This document shows, in pieces, positions 17,484 through 28,816 of a stretch of DNA of 64,000 nucleotides (its first letter is position 1; every line of letters starts with the position of its first letter). This DNA is from a virus (lineage: Duplodnaviria; Heunggongvirae; Uroviricota; Caudoviricetes): IMG/VR virus record IMGVR_UViG_3300011115_000934, positions 97,983 through 161,982 of that record. The stretch is one strand, 5' to 3'. The position numbers and the translations under genes are program-made. The notes under the pieces were generated by a model. It worked only from the letters and a program-made list of their open reading frames with translations. It had not been told where the DNA came from and made no database searches.

Positions 17484-18264
17484 TATGGACGTTTACGTAA
17501 TATCACCAGTAAGTGACTTAGAGCCAATGAAGTTGGGAGATCGCATCTTCGTATTGGCTCACTTATGGATTCAGTTTCCAGAGTACAGAGCCTTTATCCT
17601 AGAACAAAAAGAGCAAGGTAAGTTCATAACATTAGATAATTCAGCAGCTGAAAGAGCATTAGTAACTGAAGATATTCTAATTGAAGTATGTAGAGAACTT
17701 ATGCCTGATGAGGTAATAGCACCAGACGTTTTATTCAACAAAGAGGAAACAATTCTTAACGCAAGAATGTTCAGAGATCGTATGGAGCAAGAGGGATTGT
17801 TAGGAACGATTGATATCTTTTTCTGTCCACAAGGAGAGACTAAAGAGGCATGGCTAAATGCATACAACTGGGCAATAAACCAAAGTTGGATTGATGTAAT
17901 AGGATTTTCTAAAATAGCAATACCAAATGTATTCCTAGAAAACTATACAGACGATCAAGGAATTAAAGAAGCTCGTCACATGGCATACGACTATCTGAAA
18001 GAGAAAGGATTATTAGTAAAGCCTATTCACTGTTTAGGTCAAGGAGATCCAACAGAGTTTGCATATTACGATCATCCAATGATGAGAAGTACAGACTCAG
18101 TGTATCCAGTATTTGCAGCATCACTAGGACAAGATTTCTTAATTGATCATACAACACGTACTCCAACACCTCACAACTTCTTAGAGACGTTTGATATGTC
18201 AGATGTTACTCCTGAACTTATTACCTCTAATGTAGAATTTTTAATTAACCAAGCACGTAAATAA
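17464..18264 (+). CDS. dpdA: tRNA-guanine-transglycosylase-superfamily protein, DpdA-like DNA 7-deazaguanine transglycosylase candidate
   Basis: TLDNSAAE aligns to the TGT DSGGFQ catalytic Asp and RSTDSVYPV to the FDCVxPTR Asp; no zinc subdomain; adjacent to folE. Confidence 0.45.
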   Translation: MIKADINMDVYVISPVSDLEPMKLGDRIFVLAHLWIQFPEYRAFILEQKEQGKFITLDNSAAERALVTEDILIEVCRELMPDEVIAPDVLFNKEETILNARMFRDRMEQEGLLGTIDIFFCPQGETKEAWLNAYNWAINQSWIDVIGFSKIAIPNVFLENYTDDQGIKEARHMAYDYLKEKGLLVKPIHCLGQGDPTEFAYYDHPMMRSTDSVYPVFAASLGQDFLIDHTTRTPTPHNFLETFDMSDVTPELITSNVEFLINQARK

Positions 18265-18265
18265 G

Positions 18266-18457
18266 ATGGAAGAGTTAGAACAATACCTAGAAGTAAGTGC
18301 ACAGGATGTAGATGGAGTTTTAATGGTTCCACTATCAATGGCAATACAGGCAGTACAAACATCAAGCAATATTAAAATGCTACAGTCGTTGGATAGCGTA
18401 ATGGCTGACCTACAAAAAACGCTTCTTGATGCAGACTTAACAAACACCGAAGAGTAA
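18266..18457 (+). CDS. hypothetical protein
   Basis: 63-aa ORF. Confidence 0.45.
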   Translation: MEELEQYLEVSAQDVDGVLMVPLSMAIQAVQTSSNIKMLQSLDSVMADLQKTLLDADLTNTEE

Positions 18458-18742
18458 ATGAAAGAGCCAAGAACTATAGATCAAATGCGATTTAGAGTAA
18501 TTGCAAAAAGAGAAGCTCCAGGAGATAGATGGAGACTAGTAGATGAAAATCATAAACCTTCTGGAGAGATCATAGAAGGTTTAGTTGAGACTCTATCAGC
18601 TTATATGAGAAAGACTGGACATAAGGAAGGTTATAGACTGGAACCACTTAGAGGTACTCTGATGGCAATTGAATGGGCAGAACCAGAACCGGAACTCCCT
18701 CCACCACCAACAAAAACATTTGACCTTTACGGTGAATTTTAA
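18458..18742 (+). CDS. hypothetical protein
   Basis: 94-aa ORF. Confidence 0.5.
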   Translation: MKEPRTIDQMRFRVIAKREAPGDRWRLVDENHKPSGEIIEGLVETLSAYMRKTGHKEGYRLEPLRGTLMAIEWAEPEPELPPPPTKTFDLYGEF

Positions 18743-18752
18743 TAAGAAAAAG

Positions 18753-18783
18753 TTGCAGAGATGTAACTTTTTTTGTATCTTAA
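18753..18783 (+). promoter_or_regulatory. sigma-A-type promoter TTG-N20-TATCTTAA
   Basis: TTG 18753-18755, -7 element 18776-18783. Confidence 0.4.
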
Positions 18784-18802
18784 TAGGAATAAAAAAGGTT
18801 AT

Positions 18803-19246
18803 ATGAAAAGCAAAAAAGCAACACAACAACTCCAGCAACTTGGTCTTAAAGATTTTGAACAAACAATAAAGTTAGTAGCACAATCCAACGAAGAGGAATT
18901 AGTAATTAGTAAGGATGTAAAGTGGGGAGCTATAACAGATTGCACCTATTTCATTTACGAAAACTACCAATTAAGAAAGATAGGAAAAGTAGGAGGAGGT
19001 AATCGATGCTTGCGTAGAAGGTTGGCAGATTATAGGTCAACAGATGCAACAGGAATAAAAATTGCACAGTCTATATCAAAAAAACGCAAAGTTCATATCC
19101 TAGCAATACCTTTTGCTACTACTGCTGAAAAGATGTATGGTGTACTTACAGAGGGAAGTGTTAAAGGTCCTAAACTAGAAAAGGCTTTATTAGAAAGAGC
19201 CATTAGTATGGGAATTAATTTACAATGGAATAATAACAGAGGATAA
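18803..19246 (+). CDS. GIY-YIG domain protein
   Basis: TYFIYENYQLRKIGKVGGGNRCLRRRLADY fits GIY..YIG..R..(E/Y) core; start at ATG behind promoter. Confidence 0.45.
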   Translation: MKSKKATQQLQQLGLKDFEQTIKLVAQSNEEELVISKDVKWGAITDCTYFIYENYQLRKIGKVGGGNRCLRRRLADYRSTDATGIKIAQSISKKRKVHILAIPFATTAEKMYGVLTEGSVKGPKLEKALLERAISMGINLQWNNNRG

Positions 19247-21579
19247 TGATATTAGAGAAAAAATACTACCACGTTGACAGTATTGAAACAGTCAACCTAC
19301 TTATTGAACACATAAACAATTCTGAGGTGATCGCTTACGATACTGAGACGGATGGTTTGAATGTTAGGAAAGGAACAATTGTAGGATGGTCAGTATCAGG
19401 TGATGAGGGTATAGGATTCTATTTACCAACCCAGAAATGGAATGCACAAACAAATCAATTAGAGGAATGTCATATCGGTGGAAAAGGAGCACATGGTATT
19501 ACTAAAAAGTTACTCCCGCTGCTTAAGGGTAAGAGACTAGTAATGCACAATGCTTCTTTTGACTGCCGTTTTACTAAGAACTATTACGGAGTATCTTTAT
19601 TAGAAGATCTTTGGGTGGATACAGCTCTGCTTGTTCATACAGTACAAGAAGAAGGAGCTGGTATGGGTGTGTTTGGATTGAAAGCATTAGCAATCTCTAT
19701 TCAAAAAGAGATTGGATTAGATGTTGAGGAGGCAGCCAACAAAGAGCAAGTAGAGTTGAAAGAGTCTATTAAAAAGAATGGAGGATCAATCACAAAAGAC
19801 AACTACGAGATCTTCAAAGCAGATATGGATATTTTATCTAAGTATGCTGCAGCCGATACCGATTTAACTCTTAGAGTTTGTAATCATTTCTTAAAAGTTT
19901 TAAAACAAGAAAACCTAGAACAATTCTTCTTTGAGGAAGAAGTAATGCCTCTTTATAGAGAAGTAACTGTTCCTATGGAAGAGTTTGGTGTAGCACTAAA
20001 CCTTCCACTACTAGAAAAGACAAAAGAAGATATCATAAGAGATTTACAAGCAAACAAGAAGATTGTAATAGATAGTATCTTAAACATTCCAGAAGCAAAA
20101 GAATGGGTAGTGGATACAGCACTACACAACTATCCACCATCCCATAGAGGCAACTGGGCTCAGAATCTAGCAATCATGCACTCACTACCATTACCAAGAA
20201 GCGAAAAGACAGGAAAGTATTCTTTAGGAAAAAAGGATATTGAAAGCCTAGAGGATAGTAATGTAAAACAATTTTTACTAACAGGAGAACTATCTCTACT
20301 AGATGAAATGGAAGTTGTTAGAATTTCTATGTCAATGTGGAAGGATGAGAATGAGGGAGACTATTTGAATATACAATCTAAGAAACACTTAGGTGAGATT
20401 GCATTTAAGTATATGGGAATCAAACCTCTTACCCAAACTAAAAAAGGTCAAGATCAATTTGATATGGATATGTTGGAAGAGCTTTCTAAAACATACGAGT
20501 GGGCAAATAATCTTAGAACGTATAACAAATTAGTTAAGATTAAATCAACATACATTGATAGGTTCTTAGACGGACAAGAAGACGGACGATACTATTTCTA
20601 CTACAAACAAAACGGTACAGTATCAGGACGATATGGTTCAGATGCTCAACAACTTCCTAAACCAAAAGAAGAAGGAGAAGAATCTCCACTACTAGTACAC
20701 TATACAAATGTAGTAAGAGAATTTCTAATTGCTGGAGAAGGAAGAAAGTTAATCGATAATGACTACACCTCACTAGAACCTCACTGTTTTGCTTCTGTAT
20801 CAGGAGATAAAGGACTACAAGACATTTTTAATAATGGATGGGACTTCTATTCTACAATTGCAATCAAAACAGAAAAATTAGATCAAGATACAATAAAGTA
20901 TCCAAACGGAGTATCACCAGACACCAAGTCACCAATATTCTTAAAGAAATTAGATCCAGTTAAGAGACAGCAAGCAAAGTCATATTCCTTAGGAGTAGCA
21001 TACGGAATGTCAGGTTACGCATTAGCAATGACATTAGGAATACCTGCTAAGGAAGGAGACAAATTAGTTGAAGGATACTTGAGTGGGTTTCCACAACTAA
21101 GAGAGTGGATGATTGCTTCAAGGAACCAAGCAAAGAGTCATGGGTTTGTTACAAATAAAGTAGGACGTATTCGTCACTTACCAAAAGTAAAACAGATCTT
21201 TGAAAAGTTTGGAGACCAAGTATTGGATTGGAGATTTAGAAAAGATCTAGAAACAAGATACGGAAAAGATCCAGTAAACAGAATGTACATGGATTATCGA
21301 AATGGAATTAACAACTGTTTAAATTTTCAACTACAATCACTTGCAGCAGCGGTTGTAAACAGAGCAGCAATTCAGATTAATAGAAAAGCAAAAGAGCTAG
21401 GAGTAGATGCCAGAGTACAAGCCCAGATTCATGATCAACTTATTATAAATGTAAGAGAAGATCAAGCAGAAATGTTCATGCCCTATGTTCAAGAGTTGAT
21501 GGAATTAACAACACAACTACCAGGAGTAACACTAAAAGCACCACCACAAATAGCAAATAACTTTGCTGAAGGGCATTAA
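19246..21579 (+). CDS. family A DNA polymerase with 3'-5' exonuclease domain
   Basis: Exo I YDTETDGL; motif A DNDYTSLEP, motif B RQQAKSYSLGVAYG, motif C QIHDQLII. Confidence 0.9.
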   Translation: MILEKKYYHVDSIETVNLLIEHINNSEVIAYDTETDGLNVRKGTIVGWSVSGDEGIGFYLPTQKWNAQTNQLEECHIGGKGAHGITKKLLPLLKGKRLVMHNASFDCRFTKNYYGVSLLEDLWVDTALLVHTVQEEGAGMGVFGLKALAISIQKEIGLDVEEAANKEQVELKESIKKNGGSITKDNYEIFKADMDILSKYAAADTDLTLRVCNHFLKVLKQENLEQFFFEEEVMPLYREVTVPMEEFGVALNLPLLEKTKEDIIRDLQANKKIVIDSILNIPEAKEWVVDTALHNYPPSHRGNWAQNLAIMHSLPLPRSEKTGKYSLGKKDIESLEDSNVKQFLLTGELSLLDEMEVVRISMSMWKDENEGDYLNIQSKKHLGEIAFKYMGIKPLTQTKKGQDQFDMDMLEELSKTYEWANNLRTYNKLVKIKSTYIDRFLDGQEDGRYYFYYKQNGTVSGRYGSDAQQLPKPKEEGEESPLLVHYTNVVREFLIAGEGRKLIDNDYTSLEPHCFASVSGDKGLQDIFNNGWDFYSTIAIKTEKLDQDTIKYPNGVSPDTKSPIFLKKLDPVKRQQAKSYSLGVAYGMSGYALAMTLGIPAKEGDKLVEGYLSGFPQLREWMIASRNQAKSHGFVTNKVGRIRHLPKVKQIFEKFGDQVLDWRFRKDLETRYGKDPVNRMYMDYRNGINNCLNFQLQSLAAAVVNRAAIQINRKAKELGVDARVQAQIHDQLIINVREDQAEMFMPYVQELMELTTQLPGVTLKAPPQIANNFAEGH

Positions 21580-21642
21580 AAGTTGTCTCGTGTAGTATTT
21601 ATTAGTATATTATTGAAATAAGTTATTAACCAAATTAAGTTT

Positions 21643-23582
<1,940 letters not shown>

Positions 23583-23604
23583 TATTAATCAAAAACAAAT
23601 AAAG

Positions 23605-23772
23605 ATGAACAAGCAAGAATTATTCGAACAAATCGATGAATTGTATCAAAGTTTTGTAGCAAGCCATAACGGAACTACTAAAAAATCACAAGCCAATGCA
23701 AGAAAGTCAATTGGAGAGATCAAAAAGTTAATTACCGACTACAGAAAAGCATCGACAGTAGAGAGCAAATAA
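23605..23772 (+). CDS. hypothetical small protein
   Basis: 55 aa from the first ATG after the groEL stop. Confidence 0.4.
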   Translation: MNKQELFEQIDELYQSFVASHNGTTKKSQANARKSIGEIKKLITDYRKASTVESK

Positions 23773-23823
23773 AAAGCAGAGACCGAGAGGTGAGGTGGCG
23801 CAAACCTCCTCACCGAAGGTGTC

Positions 23824-23839
23824 ACGCGCAAATTTTAAC
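23824..23839 (+). promoter_or_regulatory. ACGCGCAAATTTTAAC element (copy 1 of 2)
   Basis: Exact 16-mer also at 53854-53869; both lie 15-18 nt upstream of an ATG and behind a GC-rich hairpin. Confidence 0.35.
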
Positions 23840-23853
23840 CAACAAATAAACAT

Positions 23854-24285
23854 ATGACAATTTTAACATCAATTATTTTAGTAGTAGCTGTTGTAGCAAT
23901 AGCACTATTTATTGCGTACAATGCGCAAAGAGGTACAAAAGCCTTAAAAGATTTCAAAGCAGACTATGACAACAATGCCGAAGTACAAGAATTAGCAGAC
24001 CTAGCTAAAGAGCTTTACAACAAAGACTTACGTCCGGTTGCACCTAAGAAAGCTCCTAAAAAGGTAAAAGCAGTAGAAACTATTGCCGAAGTAATAACAC
24101 CACAGGTTGTGGAGAAAGTGCTAGAGGTTGCCGACATTGCACCAGTAAATGTTGAGGCATTAGTAAGCAAAGCTACCGGAGTAGACGAAGCTCCTATCCA
24201 AACAGTTGAAGTAGTGGTAGAGATACCAAAGCCAGCTAAAAAGAAAAGAAAGCACTACCCAAGAAAACCTAAAGCAAACAACTAA
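23854..24285 (+). CDS. membrane-anchored A/P/K-rich protein
   Basis: N-terminal TM helix, PKKAPKK repeats. Confidence 0.5.
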   Translation: MTILTSIILVVAVVAIALFIAYNAQRGTKALKDFKADYDNNAEVQELADLAKELYNKDLRPVAPKKAPKKVKAVETIAEVITPQVVEKVLEVADIAPVNVEALVSKATGVDEAPIQTVEVVVEIPKPAKKKRKHYPRKPKANN

Positions 24286-24287
24286 CA

Positions 24288-24542
24288 ATGTCAGATTCAA
24301 GAGCCAAGTACGAAGAGTTAAGAGAGAAGCCATCGTTTATTGATACTACAGAGCATCAAAGAAGTGTAGGTGTTATTGTAGAAATACTACAAGCAAGTGA
24401 CTATATCTCCCTTACCAAGCAACTTTTATCAAAAGTTTTACAAGTATCAAAGGAGGGTCCAAACCTCTCACCGGCTACTGTCTTCCAAATAGCAGCAGAT
24501 GCTGTGAAGGTAGATGAATTATGCAATGCAAAACAAAATTAA
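24288..24542 (+). CDS. hypothetical protein
   Basis: 84-aa ORF. Confidence 0.45.
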   Translation: MSDSRAKYEELREKPSFIDTTEHQRSVGVIVEILQASDYISLTKQLLSKVLQVSKEGPNLSPATVFQIAADAVKVDELCNAKQN

Positions 24543-24543
24543 A

Positions 24544-24780
24544 ATGGAACAACAACCAAGAATGAATCTATCGATTGATCAAACCCTTCCGGTAGAATGT
24601 GAAAAATGTGGTGGTGTATACTTCCAAGAGGCTCTTCATATTAGAAAAGCAAGTGGTATCCTAACAGGTACAGGACAAACAACCTATATGCCAATACCAG
24701 TATTCGCGTGCAAGGCGTGCGGCCATGTTAACACTGAGTTCCTTCCAAAGGAATTAAAAGGGTTGAATTCTGAGGAGTAA
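24544..24780 (+). CDS. zinc-ribbon protein (CEKCGG..CKACGH)
   Basis: Two CxxC pairs. Confidence 0.45.
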   Translation: MEQQPRMNLSIDQTLPVECEKCGGVYFQEALHIRKASGILTGTGQTTYMPIPVFACKACGHVNTEFLPKELKGLNSEE

Positions 24781-24801
24781 GACAGACTTTAATCAAACAT
24801 C

Positions 24802-24828
24802 AAAGAGGCCTCGTGCCTCTTTTTTTTG
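24802..24828 (+). terminator. terminator AAAGAGGC-CTCGT-GCCTCTTT + T8
   Basis: 8-bp stem and long T-run. Confidence 0.6.
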
Positions 24829-24853
24829 TGCCTATTTATACCAAAGAGTTACT

Positions 24854-25165
24854 ATGAAAAATTTGTTATTACCAATTAGTTATATTCTAACTAACTTAAA
24901 AAATTATTTTATGGGATTTTTCAGTATTTTTAAAAAATCAAATGATTACAATGAAAAAGTTGTAATTGGATTCATGTCATTCATGGTAATGGTAATTGCA
25001 ATTGCAGTAGACCTAGTAACAGGATACATGGGTAGAGCATTGGAATTAAACGAGTACATCTTCGATTCATTCATGTACATCACATTGGGTTCATTCCTTC
25101 CAGACGTCTTAGAGAAGTTTGCAGGGTTTAAAAATGGCAAAAAAGAAAACAATAACGAAGAATAA
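24854..25165 (+). CDS. membrane protein
   Basis: 2 TM helices. Confidence 0.5.
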   Translation: MKNLLLPISYILTNLKNYFMGFFSIFKKSNDYNEKVVIGFMSFMVMVIAIAVDLVTGYMGRALELNEYIFDSFMYITLGSFLPDVLEKFAGFKNGKKENNNEE

Positions 25166-25175
25166 AAATTAGATT

Positions 25176-25787
25176 ATGAGCTTAAAAAGTTTACAAGAAA
25201 AGATTGGAGTAGCAGCAGATGGTGCCTTCGGTCCAGGAACAATGAAAAAAGCAATGGAGTTTTATAAATTGACTCCAGTTAGAGCAGCACATTTCTTTGC
25301 TCAAACAGCACACGAAACAGGAGGGTTTAAAGCATTTGCAGAAAACCTTAACTACTCAGGAGATGGATTAAAAGGTATATTTGGAAAATACTTTCCAGGT
25401 AACTTAAACGAACTGTACGCTCGTAATCCAGAAAAGATTGCCAATAGAGTATATGGATCAAGAATGGGTAATGGAGCAGAGGCTTCAGGAGACGGATACA
25501 AGTTCAGAGGAAGAGGAGCTCTTCAATTGACAGGAAAAGAAAACTACAAAGCATTTTCAGACTATTTGAAAAAGCCAGAGATCATGACCAATCCAGATTT
25601 AGTAGCAACTACTTACTCTTTTGAATCAGCAATGTTCTTTTTTGATAAAAACAAATTATGGTCCATTTGTGACCAAGGAGTTAATGATGCATCAATCCTA
25701 GCTCTTACAAAAAGAATTAACGGTGGTACTCATGGATTAGCAGATCGCTCAGAGAAAACTAAAAAATATTACGAATACGTTAAATAG
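25176..25787 (+). CDS. endolysin: PG-binding domain + GH19/lysozyme-like catalytic domain
   Basis: N-terminal IGVAADGAFGPGT (PG_binding_1-like), FFAQTAHETGGF...GRGALQLTG chitinase-class-I/lysozyme catalytic signature. Confidence 0.75.
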   Translation: MSLKSLQEKIGVAADGAFGPGTMKKAMEFYKLTPVRAAHFFAQTAHETGGFKAFAENLNYSGDGLKGIFGKYFPGNLNELYARNPEKIANRVYGSRMGNGAEASGDGYKFRGRGALQLTGKENYKAFSDYLKKPEIMTNPDLVATTYSFESAMFFFDKNKLWSICDQGVNDASILALTKRINGGTHGLADRSEKTKKYYEYVK

Positions 25788-25798
25788 GTAAGTATAAG

Positions 25799-26224
25799 AT
25801 GAAAACATCACTATTAATTACATTATCATTGACTACAGCATTAGCATTTATTGGTTCATATTTTATGCACCTAACAGCAGATAACATCGAACAATTTCTC
25901 TCAGTAGGATTGGTTGTCTTTGCTGATGGCTTCTTTGGTATATGGGCAGGAGTTAAAAGAGAAGGTTTTCAAACTAGAAAAGCATTAAGCGTACTAAAAA
26001 CATTTGGTTTCTGGACAGTAATGTTAGCAGCCATCTTATCAATAGAAAAAGGATTTACTGGAACGTCTTGGCTAAGTGAGACCATCATGGCTCCCTTCTT
26101 AGTGTTCCAGTTAGTTTCTATTTTAAAGAATGCCTCAATGGTAGGTATAGTAAAAAACGAACTAGCAGTTCAGATATTGGACAAACTAGATAAACATAAA
26201 GGAGACAGAGATGTTACAGAATAA
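25799..26224 (+). CDS. holin-like membrane protein (4 TM)
   Basis: Immediately downstream of the endolysin. Confidence 0.45.
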   Translation: MKTSLLITLSLTTALAFIGSYFMHLTADNIEQFLSVGLVVFADGFFGIWAGVKREGFQTRKALSVLKTFGFWTVMLAAILSIEKGFTGTSWLSETIMAPFLVFQLVSILKNASMVGIVKNELAVQILDKLDKHKGDRDVTE

Positions 26225-26564
26225 ACAAAATTTATTATTGGTTATAGTAGTTGTATTAATTGGTTACAGTATCTTCAATACAAATAGCATCCGAACAGAT
26301 GTAAAAGGTTACAAAGATAAAATAGAATTACTACAAACCAAAGTAGACTCAGCTAAAGTAGTCAACCAACAAATCGATACTAAAATTGATTCAGTAAAAG
26401 AAAATGTAATTTCTATTACAAAAGAAATACATCACATAGACAACACAATAACAATCGTAAAAAATCAAACAAATGAAAAAGCTAATAATGCTGGTAAGTT
26501 TTCTAATGTTGAGCTTGAGCAGTTTTTCGCAAGCAGATACAACAAAAGTCTTACTCCCAACTAA
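26211..26564 (+). CDS. type-II membrane protein (i-spanin-like)
   Basis: N-terminal TM, coiled C-terminal part. Confidence 0.35.
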   Translation: MLQNKQNLLLVIVVVLIGYSIFNTNSIRTDVKGYKDKIELLQTKVDSAKVVNQQIDTKIDSVKENVISITKEIHHIDNTITIVKNQTNEKANNAGKFSNVELEQFFASRYNKSLTPN

Positions 26565-26871
26565 AATTGCTAGACAGGTTGCACAAGATCTAATTAGGTA
26601 TGATGGTTGCAAACAAGAACTAAAACTTACTCAAGAAAAAGTTATCAAATTAGAACAAAGAGAAGTACAAAAAGATACTATTATCAAACTTCTAAATGAT
26701 AAGGATGAGAATAACAAATACATCATTCATCAACAAGAATTACAAATTGGACAGTACGAACATATGACTGACGATTTACAAAAAGAGTTGAAAGCATCTA
26801 GGACAAAAACATTCTTATATAAAGTAGGAACGTTTCTCGGGTTGGCCTCAACACTATACTTTATAAAATAA
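26473..26871 (+). CDS. signal-peptide protein with C-terminal TM (o-spanin-like, no lipobox)
   Basis: MKKLIMLVSFLMLSLSSFSQ signal, frame-shifted overlap with upstream gene. Confidence 0.35.
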   Translation: MKKLIMLVSFLMLSLSSFSQADTTKVLLPTKIARQVAQDLIRYDGCKQELKLTQEKVIKLEQREVQKDTIIKLLNDKDENNKYIIHQQELQIGQYEHMTDDLQKELKASRTKTFLYKVGTFLGLASTLYFIK

Positions 26872-26877
26872 ATCAAA

Positions 26878-26905
26878 TAAGGCTTGCTTTCGCAAGTCTT
26901 TTTTG
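26878..26905 (+). terminator. terminator GGCTTGC-TTTC-GCAAGTC + T-run
   Basis: Variant of the 2071/4985 hairpin. Confidence 0.5.
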
Positions 26906-26934
26906 TTATATTATAGTTATACAAATTAGTTATT

Positions 26935-27204
26935 ATGAATCAGAGAGAAGCAATTTTTACTATTGACGAACCAAGACCAAAGAAAGAATTAGTAAATCAC
27001 CCAAATCATTACGGAGGAAAGGATAGTCCCTACGAAGCTATAAAAGTTATCGAAGCTTGGAACTTAGGTTTCTGTTTAGGAAATACTGTCAAGTACATTT
27101 CAAGAGCTGGAAAGAAAGATGAAACAATCCAGGAACTTGAAAAAGCTTTATGGTATTTAAAGAGAGAAATCAAAAGACTAAAAGATGCCGAAGAAAATTC
27201 TTAA
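26935..27204 (+). CDS. DUF3310-like phage protein
   Basis: VNHPNHYGG...YEAIKVIEAW resembles the NHPxHY signature of that family. Confidence 0.4.
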   Translation: MNQREAIFTIDEPRPKKELVNHPNHYGGKDSPYEAIKVIEAWNLGFCLGNTVKYISRAGKKDETIQELEKALWYLKREIKRLKDAEENS

Positions 27205-28126
27205 ACAAGTAAGCCTGATAAGAAATTTCTGCAACCCAGTCATAGACTATAGCATCAGCAAATCAATATCGTATAGCCAAACCTTAGCATATAATACCTG
27301 TCCGCACCAATGGGCATTGAAGTATGTGAAAGGATTACAGGAATACAAGCCATCCATCCACACAGTCTTTGGTACAGCAGTGCACGAGGTGATGCAAGAA
27401 TGGTTGACAGAGTTGTATGATGGAACAGTTAAGAAAGCAACTGAGATGAATCTTGGACAGATGTTACACGAAAAGTTATTTACCATCTATGCACAGGAGA
27501 AAGAAAAGTACGGAAAACATTTTTCCACTTCTGAGGAACTTTCTGAGTTTCATAATGATGGAGTTGAAATTCTAGAGTACGTTCGTAAGAAACGCTCTAG
27601 TTACTTTGGAACTAAATACTACAAGCTAGTAGGAGTTGAGATTCCATTGATACATAAAATAGCTGACAATGTTTTCTTCAAAGGATATATTGATATAGTT
27701 TTATACGACGAACAGGATGACAAATATATCATCATAGATATTAAAACATCTACCTCAGGATGGAATGATTATGCAAAGAAGGATGATAAAAAACTAGCAC
27801 AACTACTTCTTTATAAAGAATTCCTAGCAAGACAATTTAATATTGATGTAGAGAAAGTGGATGTAAAATATTTTATTGTAAAAAGAAAGGTTCCCAAAGA
27901 TCCAGAATTTCCAGCTATGGGAAGAAGGGTTCAAGAGTTTATACCACCTTCAGGAAGGATTAAAAGAGGTCAGGCTACTACAGCACTTACAAAATTTATT
28001 GACGATGCTTTTGATTCACATGGAAAGTATATTGATAAGGAGTATGACAAGAAGCCATCCAAGTCCAACTGTATGTTTTGTGACTTCAAAGGAACAGAAC
28101 ACTGCCATGCAGGTGTTTTAGTATAG
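27185..28126 (+). CDS. PD-(D/E)XK nuclease, Cas4/AddB-like with 4-Cys Fe-S motif
   Basis: DIVLYDEQDDKYIIIDIKTS (D..D/ExK core) plus one N-terminal Cys and C-terminal CMFCDFKGTEHC. Confidence 0.6.
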   Translation: MPKKILKQVSLIRNFCNPVIDYSISKSISYSQTLAYNTCPHQWALKYVKGLQEYKPSIHTVFGTAVHEVMQEWLTELYDGTVKKATEMNLGQMLHEKLFTIYAQEKEKYGKHFSTSEELSEFHNDGVEILEYVRKKRSSYFGTKYYKLVGVEIPLIHKIADNVFFKGYIDIVLYDEQDDKYIIIDIKTSTSGWNDYAKKDDKKLAQLLLYKEFLARQFNIDVEKVDVKYFIVKRKVPKDPEFPAMGRRVQEFIPPSGRIKRGQATTALTKFIDDAFDSHGKYIDKEYDKKPSKSNCMFCDFKGTEHCHAGVLV

Positions 28127-28174
28127 TGGTAGGTGTTTTTATAAAATGTATATATTTATTATAAATATACTAAT

Positions 28175-28618
28175 ATGAAAAATGAATACAAAGGAACGAC
28201 CGTTTACGTGTATGCACTTCTAGACAGCAATGACAATCCAATCTATATTGGAAAATCTTCATCTCCTAAGAGTCGCTGCTACGGACACGCACAGCACTTT
28301 ACGGACAAAGTTGTAATGAAAATCTTAGATCGATACTATGATTTAGAGTCCTACTGGATTAGAAAGCTCCAAGAGGAGGGATACACTCTCCTAAACAAGG
28401 AGATTGATATGACTGAGGAGAGTTGGGAAGTGGGAGATCTTATTGAAATAAAGAAGCAAGCAAGAGTAGGAGTACTTCACACAACAACAGGAAATAGGTA
28501 TAAGAGTATATCCGAAGCTAGCAAAGCTTTAGGAATATCCTACAGTGCACTTCAGCAAACACTAAACTCCCCAACTAGACAACTATCCAATGAACATAAT
28601 GTAATCCGAGAAACATAG
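28175..28618 (+). CDS. GIY-YIG endonuclease with C-terminal HTH
   Basis: YVYALLDSNDNPIYIGKSS...R..H; C-terminal YKSISEASKALGISYSALQ (NUMOD1-like). Confidence 0.6.
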   Translation: MKNEYKGTTVYVYALLDSNDNPIYIGKSSSPKSRCYGHAQHFTDKVVMKILDRYYDLESYWIRKLQEEGYTLLNKEIDMTEESWEVGDLIEIKKQARVGVLHTTTGNRYKSISEASKALGISYSALQQTLNSPTRQLSNEHNVIRET

Positions 28619-28623
28619 AGAAA

Positions 28624-28812
28624 ATGAACAACAATAGCAAAAAACTAACATCAGTTAAAGTAGAAGAGGATCTTTTACAAGAATTCAAAGAGCAATGTGT
28701 AAGAGATAAATTTTCTTTACAAAAGCTTGTAGACAGAGCAATTTTTCTGTATATTACAGAAGACGGCTTTAAACAAAAGTTACGCACACAAACAGATATT
28801 AAATTAAAATAG
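28624..28812 (+). CDS. hypothetical protein
   Basis: 62-aa ORF. Confidence 0.4.
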   Translation: MNNNSKKLTSVKVEEDLLQEFKEQCVRDKFSLQKLVDRAIFLYITEDGFKQKLRTQTDIKLK

Positions 28813-28816
28813 TTAC

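Noticed and set aside
24826-24850. Consensus promoter upstream of 24854
   Set aside because: A TTG follows the terminator T-run, but no TAnnTTTn element lies at the required 20-nt spacing; the gene may be read through or use a weaker signal.
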